A stretch of 64,000 bases of DNA from the NCBI GenBank assembly GCA_021613535.1, contig CP075493.1, positions 12,276,001-12,340,000 on the forward strand, in the 5' to 3' direction. Positions 36,526 through 46,429 of the stretch are shown here, in pieces. The stretch's first letter is position 1; each line of letters opens with the position of its first letter. Position numbers and translations under genes: made by a program. Under the pieces are notes generated by a model. That model saw only the letters and a program-made list of their open reading frames with translations, had not been told where the DNA came from and did no database searches. This stretch comes from Adineta vaga. Taxonomy: Eukaryota > Animalia > Rotifera.

Positions 36526-37938
36526 CACACCCTCAAGATTTAGATAAGTGTTGAGAAAAATGATTTCATCATCATTTTTAATCACGAAAAAAAGTTTTAT
36601 TCCAGAGTATCATTAAAACAATCAATGTAAAAGTTGATATAGTTTCATCTTTTTAAGTGGCGAAAAAGTTATGTCTACATGGTGATGAATCATTCTCGAA
36701 CCTGTGGTACACATCGATAATACACTGAACCTGTTGATGGAATTTTCTTTGGATCCGTATAAATGTAGATTGTATCCTTAGCCATAAATTCATGTTTTTC
36801 ATCAAAATTCGATGATAGAAAATCGTCGATGGTACCTTTCGTTGGTACATATGCATAAGATGAATATCGAAGAAGAACATACACTCTATCGATTGTTAAA
36901 TTACGTATAGTAACAATTCCATCCATCTCAATAGGTTGTTCATTATAAGCAGGATGTGTATTTGGTTCATTACTTGCAGATACAGATAAACGTACAGGTA
37001 ATGTGACATGATCTTCATCTAAAATACCTGTAAAAGCAATTCCATAATCAATCTAAATAGTCCTTCAGAAAATCAAACGTTACTAAGAAAGCAAATATTG
37101 TCTTACATCCAGTGGTATACATCCACCTTCACCACAATGTTTTTGACATGTTTTTCTTGTTGCTCCTAAATCTTGTTCATTCATTTTTCGTTCAATTAAT
37201 CTTTCATGATAAAGATTACAGTAAGTCAATACATCAGTAGGATCATAGTTGTTTTCATCTCGAAATCGAATACCAAATGCTGGCATTACATGATCATAAT
37301 CTTTTTGATGAAAATATCGTAAATAAACAACAAACATCACAGGATAACCTTGTATGATAGATTTTTTCATCCAACAGCAATAATCACGAAATTGTGGTTG
37401 AGAGGAATTCTTCCAATCCCATACATTATAAGTAAAACCAAGAATAGATAGAGTATTGTAGGGAGTTCGACAATCATCCATCGATGTTTTTTCTAAAAGA
37501 TATTCTCCTTGATTAATATCACGAACAAGTTTTTGAGAAATCCATGCACCATAGTATAAACCTACAAAAGGAAACATAATAAATTTTTTATGATGGTTGT
37601 TGCCTGAAATACATACCAAATGATTGTATAGTTACTTCACCACAAAAGCCATTGCCATTTTCCCATTGTAATCGAGGAGGAATATCCAGTAGAATTGTAC
37701 GTTGATCGAGCACCTCAGAGTCTATGTCTTTTTCACTTATATGTGTCATAATTTAATCGTTAAATTTGATTGAAATGTTTTCTTCGACGAGCTGTTTTAT
37801 AAGTCATGATTTATAAGTAATGATGAAATTCAATATTGTGCAATTCTGTTTTTTTCCTTTTACGGCAATGATCCTGTCTGGAAGATAACCTAATACATGA
37901 GATAAGGTGTCATAAGACTTTTCATATATACATGACGT
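36526..37938. repeat. Segmental duplication copy 1 (direct repeat of 42734-44146)
   Basis: Near-identical sequence at an offset of about 6208 bp. Confidence 0.95.
36690..37749 (-). CDS. Papain/C39-like putative cysteine hydrolase, copy 1 (3 exons)
   Basis: IPPRLQWENGNGFCGEVTIQ (Q..C), WISQ, GYPV and DYDHVMP (H). Introns at about 37562-37616 and 37052-37106. Confidence 0.65.
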
Positions 37939-37993
37939 GAGGTTGAGGGTGTGGGTTAGGGTAATACTCTTTTCTTCACCCTCACCTACAACC
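37938..37993 (+). repeat. Telomere-armed mini-element copy A
   Basis: G-arm tgaggttgagggtgtgggttagggt, core aatactcttttcttcaccc, C-arm tcacctacaacc. Confidence 0.7.
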
Positions 37994-38462
37994 TATGAAC
38001 TATTTACAAGTTTTCTAAGGAAATGGAAAGAATAAAATTTGTGAATGAATATAGACTCATTGATAAAAGTTGAATTGAGTTTAGAATATCTTTTAAGTTT
38101 CAATTGAAACAGATAATCCGTTTCTAGAATACTGCTTGTTCGGGAACCGCTTATGAGCCCTAGTAAAAGTAGAAAAAAGCTGGTTAAATTTTAAAATGAG
38201 CATTTCTAAAAAGAATTAATCATTCTAATTGATATTTTCAAGATATGTCAAAATTCATCCACTCTATTTTATAAACAAAATGTCACGAGATGCTAATGAA
38301 GACAAAATTAAGACAAGATTTTTCGCTCTCTTCATCTCTTAACGGAATTAAAAGATATGCTCTCTCAAGCTATTTCTCTTTTATTTTAATGAAATTCTTT
38401 TGTATAAAACTGTCATAGATTTATTCTTCATTCAAAGAAAAACATTACTCCACTTTTGAAAA

Positions 38463-39428
38463 ATGGTGACAGCTGCAGAATTAAACAATATAACAAATAA
38501 TTTCACACTTTATGCCAATTCCGTGTGTTTATTGGTGGGTATAATTGGTCTTAGTTTGAATTGTGTCCTTTTTACAAGAAGAACGTTTCAAAATAATCCA
38601 TGTGCGCTTTATTTTCTCGCATCAACATTCGCAAATTTAGTTATTATTCTCATCAATAATCCAATTCTTATCATAAGATATAAACTTGATATTGATATTC
38701 AAGCTATTCATATACTTTTATGTAAAATTTTACGTTACATATTTTGGACATCTCGAGCAATTTCAGTTTGGCTTATTGTTTTAGCAAGTTTTGATCGATA
38801 TTTACTTAGTTCACCAAAAGTCCATATACGTTTATTAAGTTCAATAAAAAATGCTAAACGACTTATCTTCATCACGACTATTTCACTAGCAATCATCTAT
38901 ACTCATATGTTAATTTTCTATACACTTGAGGCAGAGAATAATACAACATCAGAATGTACTCCTCAACAAGGATTTTATGCTGTTTTTACTTCATTTTTAC
39001 ATTTAATTCTTTACAGTTGTTTACCAATTCTATTGATGTTTACTTTTGGTTTATTAACTTTACGTCATATACATAAGCAATATCGATTAATACAACCGAT
39101 GATTAGAATAAATCAACCCTATAGACAATCAATAAAATTAAATAATCAACTATTAAAAATGTTATTTCTTCAAATATTAATTATTACTTTAACAACTGTT
39201 CCATTATGTATTCAAAGAATCTATGATTCATTAACATCATATATAATTAAAAGTAATCAACGAGCAGCTGAAGAAAGATTATTTCAACAAGTTACACAAG
39301 GCTTTTCATATTTAGCGCATTCATCTAGTTTTTACTGTTTTACTCTTGCTGGAAGTACTTTTCGTAAAGAATTGAAACAATTATTTAAAATCTTAAAGAA
39401 TATTTGTCAGAGAACTAAGCATTCCTAG
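38463..39428 (+). CDS. Rhodopsin-like 7TM GPCR, intronless
   Basis: NPCALYF, CK, ASFDRY and FYCFTLAGSTFRKEL. Confidence 0.9.
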   Translation: MVTAAELNNITNNFTLYANSVCLLVGIIGLSLNCVLFTRRTFQNNPCALYFLASTFANLVIILINNPILIIRYKLDIDIQAIHILLCKILRYIFWTSRAISVWLIVLASFDRYLLSSPKVHIRLLSSIKNAKRLIFITTISLAIIYTHMLIFYTLEAENNTTSECTPQQGFYAVFTSFLHLILYSCLPILLMFTFGLLTLRHIHKQYRLIQPMIRINQPYRQSIKLNNQLLKMLFLQILIITLTTVPLCIQRIYDSLTSYIIKSNQRAAEERLFQQVTQGFSYLAHSSSFYCFTLAGSTFRKELKQLFKILKNICQRTKHS

Positions 39429-39715
39429 TTCTGTAAATTGGTTAATGATATATATACAATATTCATTCGTTTGCATGTTACTTCTTTTTTTTCTTTTTTT
39501 CATTCTGTTGCATATATATGTTCCGCATCTGCTCAGCATTGATGAATACATGTCGCTTCTAAGTGATACACTTGAATGCTTTTTTTTTTAATACGAAAGA
39601 AAGAAACGTATCGATATTGTGTTAAAAAATAGAAGAAGAAAATGAATATATCTATATTCATGAAACATTCTTGTGATCAAATTTTACAATAAAACGTGTA
39701 TAGTACTGTGTGAAA

Positions 39716-40744
39716 ATGCTAATCAGACAACAACCGAGATATTCCAACAAATTCAAATGCTTATTGATTCTTACAACGATGATTTGTTTCATTTTTCTGA
39801 TCTATTATATCATCGAAACCTATATTGGTATTTATTTGGTATTGAAAATAATTAAAACGGTCATTCATGCTGTTATATCTTCAATTACAAACTGTCGTCC
39901 ATATATAGCAGCGGATCAACGATCGTTTTATGAACGTGATTATCCTCAAGAAAATCTTCCTCAACGATTATCAAATTCATCGTATGAAAATGTTCTTCGT
40001 CAATTAGGTTCACTTCGATTAGTTGTTCTATCATGTGGTCGTAATGTGGAACACGATATTAACAGATTTCGACGTCATGTTGAATCGATTCTTGATCTTT
40101 TCCATTCATCATCTTCTGTTCATGTTTTTGAAAGTGATTCAAATGATAAAACTGTTGAAAAACTTCGTCAGTGGTCTCGTGCACAGGTTTATGCATATGG
40201 AAACTTGGTATCAACATATCCAGAGCGTACAGAACGTCTTGCTTATTGTCGAAATACGCTATTAGAAAAAGCACATGCCCTTAAAGCTGATTATATTCTT
40301 ATGGCTGATTTGGATCGATTTTCAACGACTATTTCCTCGTTTCTAACAAATTTTCATTATGATACAAATGATTGGTCAGTAATGACAGCAACGACATCTG
40401 ATTCATATTTTGATATTTGGGCATTACGTAGTTTATCAAATACAGTTGTAAATTATGATGTATGGCATCGAGGATGGGATTTAGAAATATCTTGGAAAAA
40501 TTATTGTCGTGAATCCGTTTTTGATCAAATCATTGGAATTCATAAAAAACCAATTCCTATTCAACGTGGTTTAATTGAAGTACGTTCAGCCTTTGGTGGT
40601 GCTGGATTATACAAAGCAAATGCTACATACAAATGTCAATATAATGGTGCAAGAACAACTTGTGAACATGTACCATTTAATTTATGTATACGAAAAATGT
40701 ATCAAGGAAGAATATTTATTAATCCAGCTTTTCAAGTTTCTTGA
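39716..40744 (+). CDS. Type-II membrane GT-A glycosyltransferase (CAP59/GT2-like), intronless
   Basis: N-terminal TM, then ESDSNDKT, RLAYCRN, DxD motif ADLD, DIWALR, VRSAFGG and CEHV. Confidence 0.8.
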   Translation: MLIRQQPRYSNKFKCLLILTTMICFIFLIYYIIETYIGIYLVLKIIKTVIHAVISSITNCRPYIAADQRSFYERDYPQENLPQRLSNSSYENVLRQLGSLRLVVLSCGRNVEHDINRFRRHVESILDLFHSSSSVHVFESDSNDKTVEKLRQWSRAQVYAYGNLVSTYPERTERLAYCRNTLLEKAHALKADYILMADLDRFSTTISSFLTNFHYDTNDWSVMTATTSDSYFDIWALRSLSNTVVNYDVWHRGWDLEISWKNYCRESVFDQIIGIHKKPIPIQRGLIEVRSAFGGAGLYKANATYKCQYNGARTTCEHVPFNLCIRKMYQGRIFINPAFQVS

Positions 40745-41165
40745 ACAATGAGCGTGTGGCAATATTAACAAATAGATTCAAGAATAAACTATATACGTAT
40801 GAAACGACAAGAATGAGCTTATTGTTTGTTATTTCGAAACACATTCACGTTTTTACCCCCAACTTGATACTGTATTTTTATGATTGATCGGATGATTTTT
40901 CTTCTTTATTATATCATTTGTTTTTCTAATTTAACGTTACTTGTCATTCATTAATGCGGTATCTGCTTGAAAGAAAATATACCTTCTGGTGTAGGTGTGA
41001 TTCCGCTGAGAAATTCTGGATATATATTGGTAATTCTGAGAATCGATCAAGATCGAGTATATATGTTACTGAGTAACTGGATTTTTGGAACTGGTTTCGT
41101 AATGTTTAACATCTTGCACAATAAACTGCTAGGAATGAGTAATAACTAGACATTATTTTAAACAT

Positions 41166-42005
41166 TCATCTCACAATAAAAGAATACAGATGAAAAGAGA
41201 ACATTAATATTTCAGCAGTCACAGCGAATGTTACAGAAATAACACCCATTGTATAAAAGAATTCAAAATTTGTCACTAAGAATAATATATAAGGAACTCT
41301 ACCAAGAAAATAAATACTAAATGATATCGTTATATTTCGAAAGATTTCTAAATCACGAATTTTTCTTCTTCTTCGACTTATCATTGCAGCATGATTACCA
41401 CTCGAATGAATTCGAACATTAATAAATGTATAAATTCCAAAAATTAATATCATTGGTATGGAAAAATAAGCAATAGTTATATAAATCGTATGTAATATTG
41501 CTTTCTTTGGTATCCAACAAAGAAAACCTTCACGAAAATAGATATCATTAGTTAGAATTGCTGGTAATGGTAGAACTAAAATAATAATCCATCCAATAAC
41601 AATCGAATACGAATGTATTTTCAATGAAGTTAACCATCGATATTTAGTTGATAGAACAATAAAAAAGAATCGTGATAAAACTTGTAAAATATACGAATAA
41701 ACACAAGCAATCATAGCTAGATATCCAAAATAACCACGCCATCGACATGATTGATCACTTTTTTCCCATCTTACAAATAAAAGATAAGTATAATTATTAC
41801 ATTGAACAATACAATATAATATTGATGCTAGACATATATTACAAGTTAATAAACGAGTAACTGTATGTAATTGTTTTGTTAAGGAGATAAGGACTAGGAT
41901 TAAAATTGAAATTATTACAGCAATTATACTGAAAAAGACTGATATCGGGGCGACGATATTATAATTTTGCGCGCTTTGTAGTGTTGGATATGTTAAAGAA
42001 TTCAT
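41166..42005 (-). CDS. Rhodopsin-like GPCR, C-terminus apparently truncated after TM7
   Basis: Close paralog of the 63370 gene (LHTVTRLLTCN, CRWRGYFGYLAM). Ends without an evident helix 8. Confidence 0.75.
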   Translation of the reverse strand: MNSLTYPTLQSAQNYNIVAPISVFFSIIAVIISILILVLISLTKQLHTVTRLLTCNICLASILYCIVQCNNYTYLLFVRWEKSDQSCRWRGYFGYLAMIACVYSYILQVLSRFFFIVLSTKYRWLTSLKIHSYSIVIGWIIILVLPLPAILTNDIYFREGFLCWIPKKAILHTIYITIAYFSIPMILIFGIYTFINVRIHSSGNHAAMISRRRRKIRDLEIFRNITISFSIYFLGRVPYILFLVTNFEFFYTMGVISVTFAVTAEILMFSFHLYSFIVR

Positions 42006-42239
42006 TTTGAATGAATAAAGAATAGTTTTAGACGCGAGCTGCATACCTTTCTTTTGTTTATCATCTAAAGAATGTCTATAGAAAAAATAGAAGAAGCTTT
42101 TTACATTACTCAATAGACAAAGATATATAAATAGATAAATCTAATTGAATTGTCACTTATCTCTTATGTTCTGAAGTAAATACATAGGAATTTTTGATGA
42201 ATTTTCTCAAAATTTTTTACATACTAATTTAATCATTTA

Positions 42240-42600
42240 TTTTCGACATGTATAGATAGAAAACGGATACTTGAATCCTCCACAATTTTATTACATTAAC
42301 ACTCTTTAAAGCGGATCAAAGATCACATATAATTGGGGATCTTGATATTAAATGAATGATAAACAATACATTTTCGCCACTCGACGACTTTTAATGTAGA
42401 AATCGATGCTAACCATCGAAGTATCATTTCTAAAACATTTTTATAGTCTTCAATCATGCCATTGATCAAGGTCATTCCACGATAAACAGTGAGTGGGTAA
42501 ATATGTTCAGTAAAACATGTATGGAGATGCAATAGAAAACAATACGCTCCAAAAACTTCAAGCGTATGCAGACGCACAAAACATTTTAAAACAAATCATC
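42240..42600 (-). pseudogene. NAD:arginine ADP-ribosyltransferase (ART) domain relic
   Basis: FGAYCFLL..LTVYRGMTL..IEDYK..RWLASISTLK resembles the R-S-E VYRG..W.xFxSTS motif; frame breaks follow. Confidence 0.65.
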
Positions 42601-42702
42601 GTGTGGTAGAACAACTACAAAGTTGATTCAACATTTGTTTTCCTTTTTGTGAAATACCTGAAAAAATTCATATAAATCACATTTCATTTTTGATAGCTGT
42701 TA

Positions 42703-42745
42703 TGAGGGTGTGGACAATACTTTTCTCTTCACCCACACCCTCAAG
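42703..42745 (+). repeat. Telomere-armed mini-element copy B
   Basis: Perfect 11-bp inverted arms tgagggtgtgg / ccacaccctca around core aatacttttctcttcaccc. Confidence 0.75.
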
Positions 42746-44146
42746 ATTTAGATAAGTGTTGAGAAAAACGATTTCATCATCATTTTTAATCACGAAAAAA
42801 AGTTTTATTCCAGAGTATCATTAAAACAATCAATGTAAAAGTTGATATAGTTTCATTCTTTTAAGTGACGAAAAAGTTATGTCTATATAGTGATGAATCA
42901 TTCTCGAACCTGTGGTACACATCGATAATACACTGAACCTGTTGATGGAATTTTCTTTGGATCGGTATAAATGTAGATTGTATCCTTAGCCATAAATTCA
43001 TGTTTTTCATCAAAATTCGATGATAGAAAATCGTTGATGGTACCTTTCGTTGGTACATATGCATAAGATGAATATCGAAGAAGAACATACACTCTATCGA
43101 TTGTTAAATTACGTATAGTAACAATTCCATCCATCTCAATAGGTTGTTCATTATAAGCAGGATGTGTATTTGGTTCATTACTTGCAGATACAGATAAACG
43201 TACAGGTAATGTGACATGATCTTCATCTAAAATACCTGTAAAAGCAATTCCATAATCAATCTAAATAGTCCTTCAGAAAATCAAACGTTACTAAGAAAGC
43301 AAATATTGTCTTACATCCAGTGGTATACATCCACCTTCACCACAATGTTTTTGACATGTTTTTCTTGTTGCTCCTAAATCTTGTTCATTCATTTTTCGTT
43401 CAATTAATCTTTCATGATAAAGATTACAGTAAGTCAATACATCAGTAGGATCATAGTTGTTTTCATCTCGAAATCGAATACCAAATGCTGGCATTACATG
43501 ATCATAATCTTTTTGATGAAAATATCGTAAATAAACAACAAACATCACAGGATAACCTTGTATGATAGATTTTTTCATCCAAGAGCAATAGTCACGAAAT
43601 TGTGGTTGGGAGGAATTCTTCCAATCCCATACATTATAAGTAAAACCAAGAATAGATAGAGTGTTGTAGGGAGTTCGACAATCATCAATTGATGTTTTTT
43701 CTAAAGCATATTCTCCTTGATTAATATCACGAACAAGTTTTTGAGAAATCCATGCACCATAGTATAAACCTACAAAAGGAAACATAATAAATTTTTTATG
43801 ATGGTTGTTGCCTGAAATTCATACCAAATGATTGTATAGTTACTTCACCACAAAAGCCATTGCCATTTTCCCATTGTAATCGAGGAGGAATATCAAGTAG
43901 AATTGTACGTTGATCGAGCACCTCGGAGTCTATGTCTTTTTCACTTGTATGTGTCATAATTTAATCGTTAAATTTGATTGAAATGTTTTCTTCGACGAGC
44001 TGTTTTATAAGTCATGATTTATAAGTATTGATGAAATTCAATATTGTGCAATACTGGTTTTTTCTTTTCGTTGCAATGATTCTGTTTGAAAGATAAGCTA
44101 ATACATTAGATAAGGTGTCACGAGACTTTCCATTCATACATAACGT
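42734..44146. repeat. Segmental duplication copy 2
   Basis: Direct repeat of 36526-37938. Confidence 0.95.
42898..43957 (-). CDS. Papain/C39-like putative cysteine hydrolase, copy 2 (3 exons)
   Basis: Same exon structure as copy 1 with a few substitutions (EYALEK, DYCSW, TINDF). Confidence 0.65.
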
Positions 44147-44170
44147 CATGTGCTATGTTCTTCTTTCTAA

Positions 44171-44226
44171 TGAGTGTGTGTGTGGATGTGGGTGAAGAGA
44201 AGAGTATCACCCACATCAACCCTCCA
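44171..44226 (-). repeat. Telomere-armed mini-element copy C (inverted)
   Basis: Minus strand reads ggagggttgatgtgggt-gatactcttctcttcaccc-acatccacacacacactca. Confidence 0.7.
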
Positions 44227-44626
44227 GTGCTGAGTAGTAAATAGAAAGACATTCTATTCAATACAGACTCATGTGGTAACGCAGTTTTTTGAAAATTCTT
44301 GATAATTTCACGAAAAACGTCGGAGCAGTGTCGACGTTTCGTTGATAATTCCGTGAAAATTTGCACATTTTGCAAAAATCTATTTATATTTGGAAAGAGA
44401 AAGCTTCGGTGCATCTTTCTATGTAAAGCTGAGTTTTTCTAAGAGGGGAGGGGGCAGCCCCGTTAAAGGAAAATGTAAGAGTGTATTAGACTATCTCAGG
44501 ATAGATGCGCGTGAGTGTCATTCTTTTATACAATATTGTTTAGTTACAGATTCCTTTATTGTTGACTATAGAACTTCTATTCGAAAATAGGTTTTCTTGT
44601 TCTTTCTCTACTGTGTAAGCTTATCT

Positions 44627-46429
44627 TTATTTCGAATACCAAATAACATCATTGTTAGAATTATAAACTTGTAAATATGGAGAAACTGTGTTGAACAAGA
44701 ACTTTGTTCCTGAAGGATTTGTACCTGTTGCCCATACAGCTCCTTGATCACCATAAATAACAATATTTCCATCTCCTTGAAATGAAAGAGAACAACTATT
44801 GTCGCAAGTTTTGCCACTGAGAGAAGCACTCCATAATAGTTTTCCTGTATTAATAGTATCAAGATAGATAGCAAGATTTGCATTGTTCAATAATGTAAGA
44901 TAAATAAAAGTGTTGTTTATTATTTGACGAACGAAACTGCCATTAGTAAGATGAAACGAAGGATAAAAATCATAAGAAGAAGCCCATATAACACTATTGT
45001 TTCCATCAATAAAAGTGAAATAAGCACTTGTATTCGATATACGGATGGAACTATCTCCCAAGATGCCAGTATAAGCAGGCGGCCATAGAGTTAATATTTC
45101 TGCCCGTTTGTACAGTACCAGTTGACCTATATTATTAAACGTCAGTCTGCATTGTTGATTCGTACAGTCTGTACAACAAGTATTCGAGGACCATTTAACA
45201 GAACCATCTGATTGATAAAGAACTAAATTACCATCATTCTGAAGAATAAACGTAGCATTCAATAACTTAATTTGTTGATTGGAATATAAATTTAACTGGT
45301 CTGATTGATAGGTATAAGTACCAGAGAGACCTGGTTCTATACAAATGACATATTGAGCTCTTCCATGAAGAAAATTTGTTTGAAAATTACCATTAGCTCT
45401 CATACTTTTTAAAAAGGCCATCGGTGGTGCATTATTTGGTGTATAACAATTTGAAGTAAAAGCACCACTATATTGCGCAGTATAATTATTATTTATAACA
45501 GTAAAATTATGTGCACCAGAAATAATAATACCATAACCCATATGATCACCCTTGATGGTATTGTTATGAACGACACCATTACGATTGTAATTTATTTTAT
45601 CTCCGCCCCATACAGCAGGCCCAATAGCTATGCCTGTTTTTATAAATGCTGATTGTGCCCAAACAGTATTTTGCATGATTGTAGCACCAGTATAATCTCC
45701 TTCGTAGGGTTCATAATCAACCATATTAATGGCACCGAGAAGTGTACGAGATTTAGCAATGATAGTATTATTTCTAACTGTTGTAAAAGGAGCACCAAAG
45801 ATCACAATTGCACCATCTGTAACATCTGTAATTATATTGTTTGCAACCGAACTTTCAGTGCATGCCATAGATATACCATCTGCATATTGACCATCAGGAT
45901 GACCTGCAGGGCCTATATCATTGTTAGTAATAGTTGCATTTCGACAACCATTCAGTCCACTTTCAGCAATATGTAAACAAGACCATCCTCGAGGTTCATA
46001 TGAATGTACATAATCAACAACTTGATTGTTTGTAGGACCTCCAATTTCAATATTTGCACTTCCTTTTAATAAGCCCAGAACTGGTCTATTACCATTAACT
46101 TGAATGTTTCGGAGTCTCAAACTGGAACATTGTTTGCAATTACCTATAATTGCAGCTGTTTGATTGACACCAGTTACAATAAGAGTTGCACGTGTCGAGT
46201 CTCTCGGATATCCATCTGTTGATAATTCTTGATTATATGCCGTAAAAATAATTGGATTTTTTAGGATGAATATAGAATTAGCACAGAGTGATGCTACAGT
46301 ATTTGGACCTCCGCTAATTAACAAATTATTAATAGTCGTTTCATCACCACTTGAAATGCATGCTGTATGAGCAATTGCAATAGTAAGAAGTAATTCAAGA
46401 AAAAAAACACGAAAAATTAGGTAAATCAT
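44627..46429 (-). CDS. Secreted right-handed beta-helix protein with two C-terminal bulb-type (B-type) lectin domains, intronless
   Basis: Signal peptide, N/I-ladder beta-helix repeats (ITNNDIGPAG, NNIITD, NNTII), and mannose-binding motifs QNDGNLVLY and QGDGNIVIY. Confidence 0.85.
   Translation of the reverse strand: MIYLIFRVFFLELLLTIAIAHTACISSGDETTINNLLISGGPNTVASLCANSIFILKNPIIFTAYNQELSTDGYPRDSTRATLIVTGVNQTAAIIGNCKQCSSLRLRNIQVNGNRPVLGLLKGSANIEIGGPTNNQVVDYVHSYEPRGWSCLHIAESGLNGCRNATITNNDIGPAGHPDGQYADGISMACTESSVANNIITDVTDGAIVIFGAPFTTVRNNTIIAKSRTLLGAINMVDYEPYEGDYTGATIMQNTVWAQSAFIKTGIAIGPAVWGGDKINYNRNGVVHNNTIKGDHMGYGIIISGAHNFTVINNNYTAQYSGAFTSNCYTPNNAPPMAFLKSMRANGNFQTNFLHGRAQYVICIEPGLSGTYTYQSDQLNLYSNQQIKLLNATFILQNDGNLVLYQSDGSVKWSSNTCCTDCTNQQCRLTFNNIGQLVLYKRAEILTLWPPAYTGILGDSSIRISNTSAYFTFIDGNNSVIWASSYDFYPSFHLTNGSFVRQIINNTFIYLTLLNNANLAIYLDTINTGKLLWSASLSGKTCDNSCSLSFQGDGNIVIYGDQGAVWATGTNPSGTKFLFNTVSPYLQVYNSNNDVIWYSK

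Noticed and set aside
45653-45976. Antisense and alternate-frame ORFs nested in real genes (here and at many other loci)
   Set aside because: They are shadow ORFs of the coding strand with no independent evidence.
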